A stretch of 24,464 bases of DNA from a virus. Its lineage: Duplodnaviria > Caudoviricetes. A program made the position numbers and the translations under genes. The DNA lies in the IMG/VR virus record IMGVR_UViG_3300036802_000085, positions 1 to 24,464 of that record; one strand, written 5' to 3'. Shown here piece after piece: positions 24,413 to 24,464 of this stretch. Under the pieces are notes generated by a model. The model ran no database searches. It was given only the letters and a program-made list of their open reading frames with translations, and was not told the origin of the DNA. The stretch's first letter is position 1; each line of letters starts with the position of its first letter.

Positions 24413-24464
24413 GTTTAGGAACTTTAGAAATTTGAAAAAATTGATAAAGGATATGCTATGATGA

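Noticed and set aside
1-24464. CRISPR array, tRNA, rRNA, IS element or intron
   Set aside because: No regularly spaced repeats, cloverleaf, transposase or interrupted gene was recognised by eye; covariance-model searches were not possible

Overview
The window is the right-hand ~24 kb of a temperate, HK97-capsid, long-tailed (siphovirus-type) prophage in a low-GC Bacillaceae-like host. In order, it holds the end of the replication module (repeat-rich candidate origin, VRR-NUC, SNF2 helicase, late activator), an HNH/terminase/portal/protease/capsid head module, head-tail joining and tail genes with a clear -1 frameshift in the tail chaperone, a variable tail-tip region, holin and DUF1906-SH3-LysM endolysin, and ~3.4 kb of small accessory and regulatory genes. 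The prophage ends at about 24336-24368, where an orphan 3' end of sufB (IKFEMEGSIG*) followed by a terminator marks the probable attR. The best leads, all inferred by eye without database searches, are: (i) a divergent module with candidate sporulation-sigma promoters (sigma-H/0A box, sigma-E/K), two RHH proteins, a dense palindrome array and a membrane-anchored zinc ribbon; (ii) a glycine-zipper membrane protein translationally coupled to an orphan HicB-like protein; (iii) two possible recombination-site-like sequences bracketing an AT-rich tail-accessory cassette, one inside a gene; (iv) a zinc ribbon fused to the prohead protease.
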